Shown: positions 27,418-39,513 of the stretch, in pieces
Layout: each line of letters opens with the position of its first letter
Position numbering within the stretch: the first letter of the stretch is position 1
NCBI GenBank assembly: GCA_023213395.1
Contig: CM041465.1
Location: 83,893,741-83,957,740 of the forward strand
DNA: 64,000 bases
Source of the DNA: Cycas panzhihuaensis
Taxonomy: Eukaryota; Plantae; Cycadophyta
Direction: 5' to 3'
Translations under genes and position numbers: made by a program
Notes under the pieces: generated by a model
Told to the model about the DNA's origin: nothing
Databases searched by the model: none
Seen by the model: the letters and a program-made list of their open reading frames with translations, nothing else

Positions 27418-29540
27418 CTTAGATGACGATAAAGTTGTGTAGCACCTATGATTGAGCCATCATTGGCTTCTCTCCTAAATCCAACTATTCAATCTCCTTT
27501 TCCAACTCACTCTTTCTTATCTCCATAGACAATAAGTCCCTTTGTAAGGAGTTGATCATGGACCAAAAGTGATTAGCATGCTCGACATCTTCCTACATCT
27601 ACATTATCCAAGCTCCCAGTTTTCAGATTACCTTTTGCAATCCTAGTGGAATTTGCTCATTAAACACAACACCAAAAGTTGGTACCAGATGCTTCATGTG
27701 AGAAGTGTCTCCCACCTAATGCATGATAAACTTAATTAAGAAATCCATTTTTTCTTCACAGACAACTAACTAGTCTTCTTCTTTGTGGATTCTCTACAAG
27801 TCTAGTGGTGGTCTTTTATTCCAGACTTCTAACTCAATAACCAAATACCAAATATCTTTAGCCAAGAATGAGATCTTCCAATGTGCCACATTATGTAGCT
27901 AACACTCCATTGGATCAATCCCTTCCTTTGTTAATTCTTCATTATTGTAACTAAAGGCCACCTTAGTTGGTTGACTATTTAGGATTTCCAAAATTTCTTT
28001 TTTCACTTTCTTTATGGCAACTCTTCTCTTCCTCCTTCTTTTTTATTTAGTGTTGACAATTTTTTAGGTTGCTAGGTTGGATAGTACTCTTCTACTTCCT
28101 TCTTTACTGATACGTTACCTACTTTCTATTTTTCTTTTTTTATTTCCTCCTTCTTATTCTTTTGTTGTTCAACTTTCTGCTCCTCTTCCTCCCTTTTCTT
28201 ATCAATTGGTGAGGTCGCCCCTTCCTATTGTCATTGCCCCTTTTTCTCCTCTATTGGTGTCAGCTGAAGGATATTGGTTTGAGCTTTCTTTAAGAAAAAT
28301 TCCTTTACTTTTTCTTGAATCTCTCTTTTCCAAATCTCTCCCTTCTTCCTAAAATGATTAATTCATCTGTTTATTACTACTTGTTTTGGATTTATCATAG
28401 GTAACTTTAACCTAGGACATTGAGAATATAGTAGTCCTTAGAATAGGCTCTGATGATAAAAACCTGTTGACTGAAGTCTTACCTTAATATTAAGCTATTT
28501 TTTTAAAAATCTTCTTAAAAGAAATGATGCCCAATTGAACTTATCTCTTTTTACTACTCGTAGAAGTGTTGATCTTATTTTTGTGGGTATATAAAAGTTC
28601 TTCTAACTTAATATCACTCTAGTGAAGAGGAAATAAGCCACCCAACATGTCAAGTCATCTATAATGCTAGTGATATGCATGCTAGATGTAGAAACATCTG
28701 TGATTTGTATACCCAGCTACTTTACTACTTGCTCTTGTGGAATTCTTTTATCTTTAAGTACCTCTTCACCAAAATTTATTCACCCTAAAAATTGCACGAT
28801 GGCCTTTTCTAAAGCCTCTAAAAGACCCAATTTATGAGCTACTAGTTGAATCATTTCTATCATGAATTCTATAGTTGTTGGAAATAACCTAATTTGCATA
28901 AATTGTGTGAATCTCACCTCCATCAATTTAACTTTCCCCTCGTCCTCCTTGGGTATGTTCCACCATGTATGCCTAATTCTATCATCATCTGCTTCTTAAA
29001 GATTAATCTGAATTTGTCTGGTCTTCTTCATCCTGATCTTCTATAATTTTCTAAAACTTCCCTAGTTTTTATCTTTAATCTTGTTGCTTGTATCCTGCTC
29101 GACCATGCAAAACCATCATAACTTAAAATCATGGTTATAATAACCCAGTTGTAACCCTAATATACTACCTTTTATTCCCTCTAATGCATGCTAGCCACCT
29201 GTCACCATATTTATATTCTGCATTATCTTGGTATGTGCATTAATCAAATCACCACCAATTTTAATTGATCTATCATCATCATCATTAATTGAATATCCCT
29301 TAGCTTTTTTCTAATTTAATGTCATCATCTTTCTTTTATAACACTCTTCTATATTTCTGAGTGTTATCCCTTACTATCCCTTGATTATATTTGGGACAGT
29401 CTTTCCCTTTTATTACAACTGATTGTATTCCTTCTAAGTTACATCTTTAGTTCTTCCAATTACTCCAATTGTGCCTAGTTTTTCTACATTTTATAGTGTA
29501 ACTCTACCATTCCTTGTAACTCGATTGTTAATCATACAAT
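27418..29540 (-). pseudogene. Decayed extra ORF (about 700 codons) downstream of pol; product unknown
   Basis: Long frames broken mainly by TAG/TAA/TGA transition-type stops, e.g. DDLTCWVAYFLFTRVIL..RDKFNWASFLLRRF, a K/E-rich linker, and a coiled-coil-like end SLQRDLLSMEIRKSELEKEIE. Confidence 0.7.
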
Positions 29541-30720
29541 CTCCTATGTTTGAATTGTAACTATTTTTGGCCCAAGTTGTAGTCTTTTGCATCCCATACT
29601 ACAACCTTCTTACTTCTTTAATTATAACCTTCTTACTTCTTTAATTGTAACCTTTTAACTTGTAGCCTTTTTGTCTTTTTTATTATTTGAGTCGTAACTA
29701 TTTTACCTCCTTAGCTACCATTTTACCTCTTTAATTAAGTTCTAGTTGCAGTTAGTCACATCCAAGATTACAATTAATTTGCCTCTTGGGTTGTAACTCT
29801 TTATGTTTGAGTTGTGGCTGATTACATTCAAGTTGTAACTTATTTGTATTCTTGGTTACAACCCTTTTCATCCAACTTATAACTACTTATATCTAAGTTG
29901 TAATAAATTTGTATCTAGGTTGCAACCATTTATATCTAAGTTACAACCACTTTACGTCCTAGTTACAACTATTTATATCTAAGTTGTAACTACTTTACAT
30001 CTAGATTACAACTACTTATATCTAAGTTGTAATCGCTTATGTCTAAGTTGCAATCGCTTACGTCCAGATTGTAACCACTTGCATCCAAGTTACAACTACT
30101 TTGCATCCAGGTTGTAACTACTTACGTCTAAGTTACAACTACTTGTATCCAACTTATAACCACTTTGTGTCTAGGTTGCAACTGCTTACATCTAAGTTAC
30201 AACTTCTTACGTCTAGGTTACAACTTCTTACGTCCAAGTTACAACCACTTACATCTAGGTTGCAATCATTTTGCATCTAAGTTACAACTACTTGTATCTA
30301 AGTTAGAACTACTTACATCCAAACTAATTTGTGTTTAGGTTACAACTACTTTCATTGAAGTTATAACTTCTTGTATCTAGGTTATAATTACTTGTATCCA
30401 AGTTATAACCACTTGCATCTAGGTTGTAACTGTTTTACATCTAGATTACAACTACTTATATCTAAGTTGTAATTGCTTTGTATCCATGCTACAACCACTT
30501 GTATCCAAGTTATAACCACTTACATCTAGGTTGTAACTACTTGTGTCCAAGTTACAACCACTTACCTCTAAGTTGCAACTTACCTTCTTACTTGGTTACA
30601 ACCTTCTACATATTGGGTTACAACCATTTTGTTATATGAGTTACAACCTTCTACATCTTGGGTTACAATTATTTTATTTTATGAGTTACAAACTTCTGTG
30701 TCTTAGGTTGTAACCATGTT
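29500..30720. repeat. 21-22 bp tandem array with palindromic GTTGCAAC core
   Basis: Units like GTTACAACCACTTACATCTAA; roughly 30-35 regular units at 29860-30590, with degenerate units on both sides. Confidence 0.92.
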
Positions 30721-30749
30721 TTAGTCATAAAAGAAATTTTGTTCCCATG

Positions 30750-32240
30750 GTTCTTGTTCCCTTTTCTTTTTTTTTTTTAACTTGTTGTATATCGTTTTAG
30801 TTGACTTCCGTCGACTAGTTTTTCCAGCAGTGTTCCATCAAGTTATTAGAGTTTCACTACTCTATTCAACCAAATTTGGTTCATCTTATATGGATCAAGC
30901 CACCACAACTTTAAGTTTTTAGGTTTTATTTGAAACTTACTATATTAAAGAAGAATAAGATCTCCTTCTTGAAACTGTGGGACCTTGAGATATCGATCAT
31001 GCTATACATTTTGTCTCATCTTTTTTGCTTTTATTTCCCATAAAGCCCTTGCTCGTTTTCATCTAGTTTTGTTAAATCTATGTATTATTGGTTCTGTGAA
31101 TCATCCTTAGACAGTCATAACTCAGATGCCACTCTCAAACTTTATGTCTAAAATTCAAGAGAGAGTACGACCTCCAATCCATAGACCAACTAGAATGGAG
31201 TTTGCTTGTAGGGCCTTTTCATTGTTATCTTATCAGCCCATAAAATATAATGAAGCTACTTTGCCTAGTCTATTCATCCTTAATTATAGATTTTATATAA
31301 TGCTAGTTTTAGAATTTTATTTATACTTTCCGCTTGCCCATTTTCTCATGGATAATATAGGGAAGACTTTGAATGTTAAATCAAAAATTCCTATATAAGA
31401 TGTTTTATTATTTCATTGAGGAAGTTACTTCCCTAGTTAAAAATAATTTATAATGTACAACCAAATTAGATAATTATCATTTTGTAAAAGAATTGGGTTG
31501 TATTCTAAGCATTGTCTATCCTCATTACTTTTGCTTTAGTCCATTTTGTTAAGAAATCAATGGTGACTAAAATGTACCTTAAGTTTGTATGCCTGGCTGG
31601 TGGACTAATAGGTTCAACAAAATCCAATCCCTATTTTTCAAATGGAGCTTAAGCCAATATGGGACATAAGGGTATAAAATGATTGTTTGCTAGCTTCCCC
31701 ACTCATTAGTATATATTCCATCTACAGACCTACTTTTATACATCTTTAAAATTGTAGGCCACCAAAGTCCTACCAATAAGATTTTCTTACTCATTAATTA
31801 AATACCTTAATATCTTGCTACAGCTCCTTCATGGGGTTCTCTAATAACAACTTCCACTTCATGCTCCATTATACATCTCCTTAGGACTTGATTAGGTCCC
31901 ATCCTATATAGCATTCCTTGAATTAGTTGGAAGGGGAAAGTTTCTTGATGAAGCTTTGTCATTCAATGTGCTCCATTCCTAGTAGTATTTATCCCATTGC
32001 TAGATATTATGTTATATCCTCATACCATTCAAGTATTACTTGAATGGAGAATAATTCTACATCTAGAAAATCATCCTAGATTCCTATTGTGGGTTCCTTG
32101 TCCACTTCTCTTCATAATAAGTCTAGAATTATATGATTAACATCTTTCTTAACAATGATCTTAAAACTAAATTCCTAAAATAACATGAGCCACCTTGTGA
32201 TTCTTCCTTGGACTATAGGCTTATTGATTAAATATTAAAG
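30750..32240 (-). pseudogene. pol: gypsy RNase H end and integrase
   Basis: YLINKPIVQGRITRWL; APFEK*GLDFVEPISPPA; YILVTIDFLTKWTKAK. Confidence 0.85.
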
Positions 32241-35200
32241 TGAGAAAGATTAATGTGATCCGCACATATCAAACTATACCAATTATAATGAATGGCTCGA
32301 TTTCCACTGACTTTTGGGAAAGGGTTATTGATGAAATTTGGCAATAATACAAGCTTTGCATTTAAAGGGCTTAGAGGAGAACTTTGGAAGATTTGGAAGA
32401 GTATTAGAAAGATCTCTAAATCTATCAATGTGAATATGGCCCATGTGCTCATGCCAAAGAGCTTCTGGTGACAATGTTGGATGGGTCAAGATGGAATTAA
32501 ATACAAATTCTTCATCGGTACAAGGGTACTTAAAGGCATCTTTGTTGGATGCCCTTTGGATAAGAAAGGATATAAGGTCTTTATACCTTCATAATAAAAA
32601 ATCATCGTTATTAGAGGTGTCGATTTTATAGAGATAGAGGATCAGTTGCTTAGACTGGACTCTAAAGTACGCTCACACCACTATAATAATGTTATCAAGT
32701 ATGATGTTCAGATTCCAAAATTTAGAGGGGAGGGGACAAACATGAATTACTCCAAATATCAGAAGCTAACAATAGAGCCTCAGAGGATATAAGTTATGAC
32801 TCTGAACTAATTAGTACATATCTAACACCATCCTTTGAAGATAGCAGAGTTGACAAAGGCAAAGCCATTATAGAAGAACCATCATCTCCACCTTCAATTG
32901 ACAAAGGAAAAATAATGGTAGAAGGGCCATCTTCCTTAGGTGCATCAACATCCTCCTCACATAATGATCATTTTAATGAACAAGATAAGAACTAAAAAGT
33001 TGAGGAAATAAGGACCTCATTCCCAACTCGAGGATCTCAAGAAGCATGCTAGCTCAATAAGGATATACGACTAGATGAGGTAGGTAAAAATGGCACTCAA
33101 AGTGCCCATAGAGCAAGGATGTAGGAATCATTATATACTGAACTTAAATTAATAGAACTACACCTTACTCTTAATGAAGAGCCTCTAATATACCAAGAAG
33201 CTGTAAAACATATAGTTTGGAAAAATGCCATGAACAAAGAGTACTAATCTCTTATCAAGAATAGTACATGGGAGCTCGTTGATCTACCACTTAGCAGAAA
33301 GGTAGTTTAAAATAAATGGATGTTTAAAAACAAATATAGATCAGATGGCATGCTTGAAAAATACAAGGTGAGGTTAGTAGCTAAAGGATTTATATAAAGG
33401 GAAGGCATAGAGTACGTTAAAGTCTTTGCACCTACAACCAAGTGGCCTATAATTAGAACTCTTGTGGCCTTGGCTTCTTAACAGGGTTGGAAAATCCACC
33501 AACTTAATATTAAGACTATGTTTCTTAATGGAGATCTTGAAGAAGAAATTTACATGGTTCATCCATAAGGATACGAGATCGAAGTTCAAAAGCATAAGGT
33601 TTGTAGGCTCAAAAAGTCCTTGTATAGCCTTAAACAAGCCCCTCAAGCTTAATTTGCCAAGTTGTCTAAAAGAACGAGGCAACTTGGATATGAGGTTTGT
33701 GACTACTAAGATATTAATGCAATATTATTCATCAAGTGCCATAAGGATAAAGTCACTTATCTCATAATCTTTATGGATAACATGCTAGTAATAGGTAATA
33801 GTGAATAGGCAATAATCCAGATAAAAAAGGATCTTGACAAAACATTCAAATTGTTTGACCTTTGCTTGATGAAATATTACTTTGGAATTAAAGTAACACA
33901 AAAGAATGAAAAAAAAAAATCTCTCTCAAGAAAAATACATCAATGATCTTCTAAATAGGTTTTAATTAGAAAATGTTCAACCAATGATTTTACTTATGGA
34001 CCCTAATACCAAACTCTCATCTGAAGGTAACACTAGGGAGGCAGACGCAACACTCTACAGGAAACTTGTAGGTTGTCCCATATACACTACCAATATAAAG
34101 CCAAATATTGCACACTCTATCGATATTCTTGCTTATTACATGATAAATCCTAGGTAGAATCATTGGTAGGCAATAGTGCGAGTGTTGCGATACCTTAAGA
34201 TGACCAGTAAATGTGGTCTGTTGTATGAACCTAATTCAGACTTCAAGCTTTCGGTATACACAGACTCAAACTTTGCAAGAGATAAAGATATAGGAAGATC
34301 TATGTCTAGGTATGTAATGTTTTTTGGAATATCATTAATATCATAGAGATCTAGAAGGTAGAAGATAGTTATAGATTCAAATGCTAAAGCTAAATACATT
34401 ACTACTTCTGAGACCAATAAGGAGGTGATATGGCTAAGAAAATTATTAGAAACATTGAATATCACCCAAACAAGTCCTACAAGTCTTCATGTGGATAATC
34501 AATCAACAATCTGCAATGCAAAAAAGCATGTAGTTTATGATCATACCAAAAACATAAGTACAAAAGTCTACAAGATTAGAGAACTTGTTCATGACGACGT
34601 AATTCAATTGGAATACTACCCTACATTAGATCAAGTGGCCGATATCTTCACCAAACTGCTGTAAAAGGTGAAGTTTGAATAATTATGAAGGAAGTTCACC
34701 CTTAGGGCCTCTATCTTTGACTAATAAAAGAAGATGGCAATAGGATCACCATACTCTATTCTCTTCATGAAAACCCCTTGTGGGCACAGAAGAATAAGAG
34801 TAAGTCTCTGCTCTATCCTATTTATGAAAATTCCATGTGGGTATGGAAGGATAAAGGTTATACTAGTTTTAGAAAATTAGAACCTGTGAAAATCCAAAAG
34901 GGCATAGGGGATGACCAAATGATATATGGAGACTTAGAAGATTAAGCTATACATTTAAGCTACTTGGCTATCAGGTTACATCAAAGAGCCACCTTAGCCA
35001 TTTTGATTTATTAAAGGGGCTATAGATCTTAGAAAGTTCATGGGTTTTTATTTCCTATGAGGGTTTTCCTATAAAAGTGCTATTTAGAATTTTAATGTAA
35101 TAATAAGGCTCAAATGAAGACCTCACAGAGTAGATTCTCTCAAAATGACCTTCCACCATTAAGGGGGGACTAAAAGAGGTTAATGTATCAAGGTCATTTG

Positions 35201-35481
35201 TGTAGATTAATTATGTGACCTTAGGATATATTATTAACATTAATCTCTTAATGAAATGTACTTTATATAAATTTAGATATAATTTTGGGTTCATGTCATT
35301 AGGCATAAAAATCCTAACCGTAATGCTCACCCTCAATAATAAAAGGTGAAATCTCAAAGAGGGAGTCATTATTCATTCTCACCACCAAGCTTTCTCTCAT
35401 ATCTTATTTCATCTCTTTTTCATTCTCCATTGCCATTGTGTGCATGTGAGTGATTTATTCCCTAGATCCATCCTTTCTTCA
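32241..35481 (+). mobile_element. Internally deleted Ty1/copia (INT tail, RT, RH, 3' LTR 35171-35481)
   Basis: Begins TGAGAAAGATTAATGT, similar to the 3' LTR start at 35171 after PPT AAGGGGGGAC, and ends TTCTTCA. TSD TAAAG/TAAAT. Motifs GIFVGC, KVRLVAKGF, YTDSNFA, DQVADIFTK. Confidence 0.85.
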
Positions 35482-37633
35482 TAAATGGCCTAATGATCTA
35501 AAAGAAAAAAAAAAATAGTTAGCCAATAAATAGTGTCTGAATTTCTAGAGAGCATATACCATGCCCAACCCTTCTTGTTCTATCACTGAATTATTTTTTT
35601 TAGCCTTTGTTAGTTTTTAACTTACAAAATAGATTAGTAGATTAATTTTATCATCTTTTCGCTGTGTCAATATACATCCAATAACAAACAAGAAGGCATC
35701 TATATATACGCAAAAGGTTTTATCCCAATCTGAAATTCTAAGGATTAGTGCTTAGGCTATCTTTCCTTTTAACAATTTAAATATCAACTATTGTTGTAGC
35801 TGCCATTGTCATTCAGTCATTTTTTTTAATAGGATTTCTAAGAGGTTAACTATCTAGGCATAATTTTTTATGAACTTTCGATAGTACCTTGTCATCCCTA
35901 AAAATCCTTTAACCTATCTTTATGTTTTTAGTATACTGCTATCTTATTTAAATTTCTAAGCAGTCCATTCTTTATCATCACATGACCTAGTAATGTCCCA
36001 AATGGCACCATGAAAGTGTATTTTACAAGATTCAAATATAAATTATTCTTTCTATAGGTTTTAAGCATCAAACATAAACAACTAAGATGCTCTTTTAATA
36101 AAGTAAACAATGTCCAATCATCCAGAAACGCCTTAATTTTTTTTCCTATCGTTTGTTTAAAGATATTGAGAATTACTCTCTATAACATTGCAAGGGTATT
36201 CGTTAATCTAAATAACATTACTCTAAATACATATGTACCCCATTTAATGATGAAGGTTATCTTTAATTAGTCTTCTGGTGTAATCTAGAGCTTATTATAC
36301 CTGTTGAATCTATTAGTAAATGAATACACATCATGTCCTACCACTTTTTTTATAATATCCTTCAAGAATGGAATTAAAAGTAAATCCTTTTTAGTAGCTT
36401 TGTTTAAGGCTTTGTAGTTGACACAAACTCTAGCCTTCCCATTTTTCTTTGGGACGAATATAATGAGACTTACCCATTCACTATTTTTAACTTTAAAAAT
36501 ATAATATACTTCCAATAACTTATCAAGCTTGATTTTAACTTTCTCCTTGTACTTTAGATTCATATGGAATGGCCTTTGCCTTATTGGTTTAGCTCCTATC
36601 AAATTGATTTTGTTCTCACCTAACTTTTGTGGAATGCCTTTCAAATCCTTACAAGACTAGGAAAACACATCTTTGTATTCTAAAAATAGTGAGGTAGTTT
36701 GTTGCACTATTCCCTCCTTCCAATAATCACCCAAGGTGATCATCTAAGGCTATTATTTTCTCCTAATGTTGATTTCCTTTATCTTTAATTTTTCTTCTTG
36801 TACTACTTTGCCATCTGGACTTAATGTATATATACAGGCATGATATCTATGCTGTAGTCTCCATATTCTAATGTAAAATAATTGGGTATAATGATTTGTT
36901 ATTCCCATAAAATTCCCTCTTTAATTTCAATATGAAGACCATACTCTTCTTTTTCTAGAGTTCATTCCTTTAATTCTTATAAAATTCTTTGAATGTATTC
37001 ATTTGGACTATAATATGTGAAAGTCTGATAAAACTTTTCCACTATCACATCCCATTCTATCAATTTTATTCTTTTACAAGAATTGTACTAGATAGTGGAA
37101 ATCCCTTTGAATGTTACCCTCCAATATTGAGTCCAATATTTTTTTTGAATTTCTTGTGCTATCCATTTTTTAACACATCTTTGCACATGTAAATATGGAT
37201 CATCCCCATTCTAAAATTAGGGAACTTCATTCTTTTGAAATCTTATTAAAAAATTTTTACTCATTTCTTGCCAGGAATTAAAATTTTATGTATATGTGTC
37301 ATACCAAATCTAAGCTTATCCTATCAAAGAATAGGGAAATACAAGATACTAGAATGAGTACTGCTAGTTATTATTTATTATTTTAATACATTGTTGCAGA
37401 TGATTTTTTGCTTGTTCTGGGTCACCATTATATTTAGGTAGTTCACAAACTATAGAAGCAATTTTTTCTTATACATTCTTTTCTATTTGTAATGATTTTA
37501 GTTGTGTTTTTTCCTCGTCCTCTTCTTCTGAAGAATTTATACAACACTCTAAATAATAACATGGATTTGGTTTTATCTCTTCCTAGGCATTATATAGCTA
37601 TTTCAGCATATAGGATGCTAAAGGGCTATTTGG
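35482..37633 (-). pseudogene. pol: gypsy partial gag, RT and RNase H start
   Basis: ORF track 36285-36644 and 35928-36110 are RT; gag motif near 37430; no protease motif seen. Confidence 0.85.
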
Positions 37634-38749
37634 TGTTGGGTGTAATACCCAATTACATTAATCTTATGTAAACTCTCTCTATTTCTTATATTTTATATTA
37701 GAGTTGTGGGCCACCTAGAGATGTATGCCACCTCTAAGTCGACTAATAGGGTTCTCTCACTAGTGATAAGTATGTATTATAAGTATGTACTCTTCATTAT
37801 TTCTAATTGAGTTTTGGCCAATTCTCTACATATTATGTTTATTGTTATACATACTTCATTTCTTTTGTACTTTAGTGTTTATCATTCATTCACTATTAGG
37901 AGTTTATATAGTTTTTCATTTCTATTTCTAACATGGTATTAGAGCCCAAGGTCAATCCTTGAGAACATCATTGTAAACCCTAGTATATGTAATCCTTGTT
38001 TTTGAGCTTTTAAGCCTTGTAAATTTTGTTTTTGATGTGCATGCTTTATGAATTTATCAATTTGAAGATCATTTTAAGTTACATCTTATGCACATTTTGT
38101 TATAGGACTGTTATCAAAATTTGAGGGGCTATTTTGATATGGATGAGAGGCTATTTTCAAGCCCATTTTTGAAGTTTTTTTGAAACTATTTGAAGCCTGT
38201 TGAAGCTACTCAAGTGGATATCTTCCATGCATGTGGCATTATAATAATATTGCATGTAAGTGAAAGTCCACAATATTTCTTATGTAGGTTTTAATTACTA
38301 GATGACCATTTCCTTTGTATGTCAGTGGATAAGAATGTAATAGGAATCATTGACAGTAGTTGAGTGAGTCCTTCTCACTATTCAGAGGCTAGAAGTAACT
38401 TTATTTTGAAAGGCTTTGTAGATTTACAGGTGGATAAAGGTCATATAGTTTTTTTCTACTACTAATATATACTCTTATTGTGTTAAAAATATTCAAAAAT
38501 TTTGTATTTAAGGCCTTCAAATTTGGCCTATATTTCTATGTATAAAAAAAAATGGAGGGTGGCTTCCACAAAAAGGAAAAATCATGTAACATGTTGCATC
38601 TGGTATCCAAAATTAGTGGACGTTATATATGAAGCAAGCTGAAAATTATTATATTGAGGGTATTGCATTAGTGGCAACAGGGTGGTGTTATATAAATAAA
38701 TCTTCAAAAATGTATGATAAAGGCTACTGCTACTAGAGTGCAGTAGAGG

Positions 38750-39060
38750 AATACTCAAGATTCACTGGCAGCAACTTAAGAAGAACTATGTTGAAGTAGC
38801 ATATCGATGAATACAAGTTTATTATTTAACGATAAAAAAAAAACAACACTCACGAAGTGTTTTATAGTACAACACTTTTTGGAGCCTGCATAGTAGCCTG
38901 TTAGTGATTCTAAAGCTGAGGATATGCTTTTCCTCATCTAGAATTTCCAATGGTAGTGTTGTCCAGGTATCATAAGAGATACTTCATCTCCTCCATAGTT
39001 CAACTCAGTTTGAAGACAACTAAAAATTATTGCCACTATTACTCTTGAGTCAAACTCCTA
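38750..39060 (-). pseudogene. PYL: PYR/PYL/RCAR ABA receptor fragment, copy 2
   Basis: LEILDEEKHILSFRI at 38906-38950, followed by ..CRLQKVLYYKTLRE with the same spacing as HRLxNYxSVTTLHE. Shares the exact 19-mer CCTCATCTAGAATTTCCAA with copy 1. Confidence 0.8.
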
Positions 39061-39149
39061 TTGCCTAATAATCCACTAATATATTTTCTCCAAAGCATAG
39101 TGCTCTCTAACTTGGAAGGCAAGTTTTTGTTGGTGCTGAGCCTACGTGT

Positions 39150-39513
39150 AGAGTTAAGATAAAGAATAAATAATGTTGCAGAAGGATGTATACATTATCC
39201 TTTCTGCCTCATCTAGAATTTCCAAACCTTTGGTGCTGGTGGCCACGGGAAGACCCGACACAACTTACCCCACTTTTAGATGGTCTTAACTTGTTAGCAC
39301 AAAACATAGAAGTTGGTGCCACTATTATTGTAGGACATGGAAGAGCATTGCCCATTCTTGCATAGATTAGAAGGAAAAATGGAGGGCAGTGGTAGAAAAT
39401 TCTATTTCGTATGGCACTAGTGAGGATTTTGAATGACAACAAATGAACCGATTCAACGATGGGCTAATGTATGAGGATAATGGGTAGCTTGATATTAATT
39501 TTTACTCCATCAT
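39150..39513 (-). pseudogene. PYL: PYR/PYL/RCAR ABA receptor fragment, copy 1
   Basis: ATG at 39513. GQCSS at 39339-39353, then IVAPTS after a frameshift, and DHLKVG. VVSGLPVATSTKGLEILDEAERIM at 39193-39264 matches the gate region VVSGLPAATSTERLEILD. Confidence 0.88.

Noticed and set aside
28077-28352. Hydrophobic 91 aa plus-strand ORF as an env or membrane protein
   Set aside because: Antisense shadow of the K/E-rich minus-strand extra ORF.
29500-30720. CRISPR-like array
   Set aside because: Head-to-tail units with no unique spacers, no cas genes, and a eukaryotic retroelement context.
39209-39442. 77 aa ORF as a functional gene
   Set aside because: Mostly off-frame relative to the PYL homology; only IVAPTS is in the PYL frame, and the locus is frameshifted.
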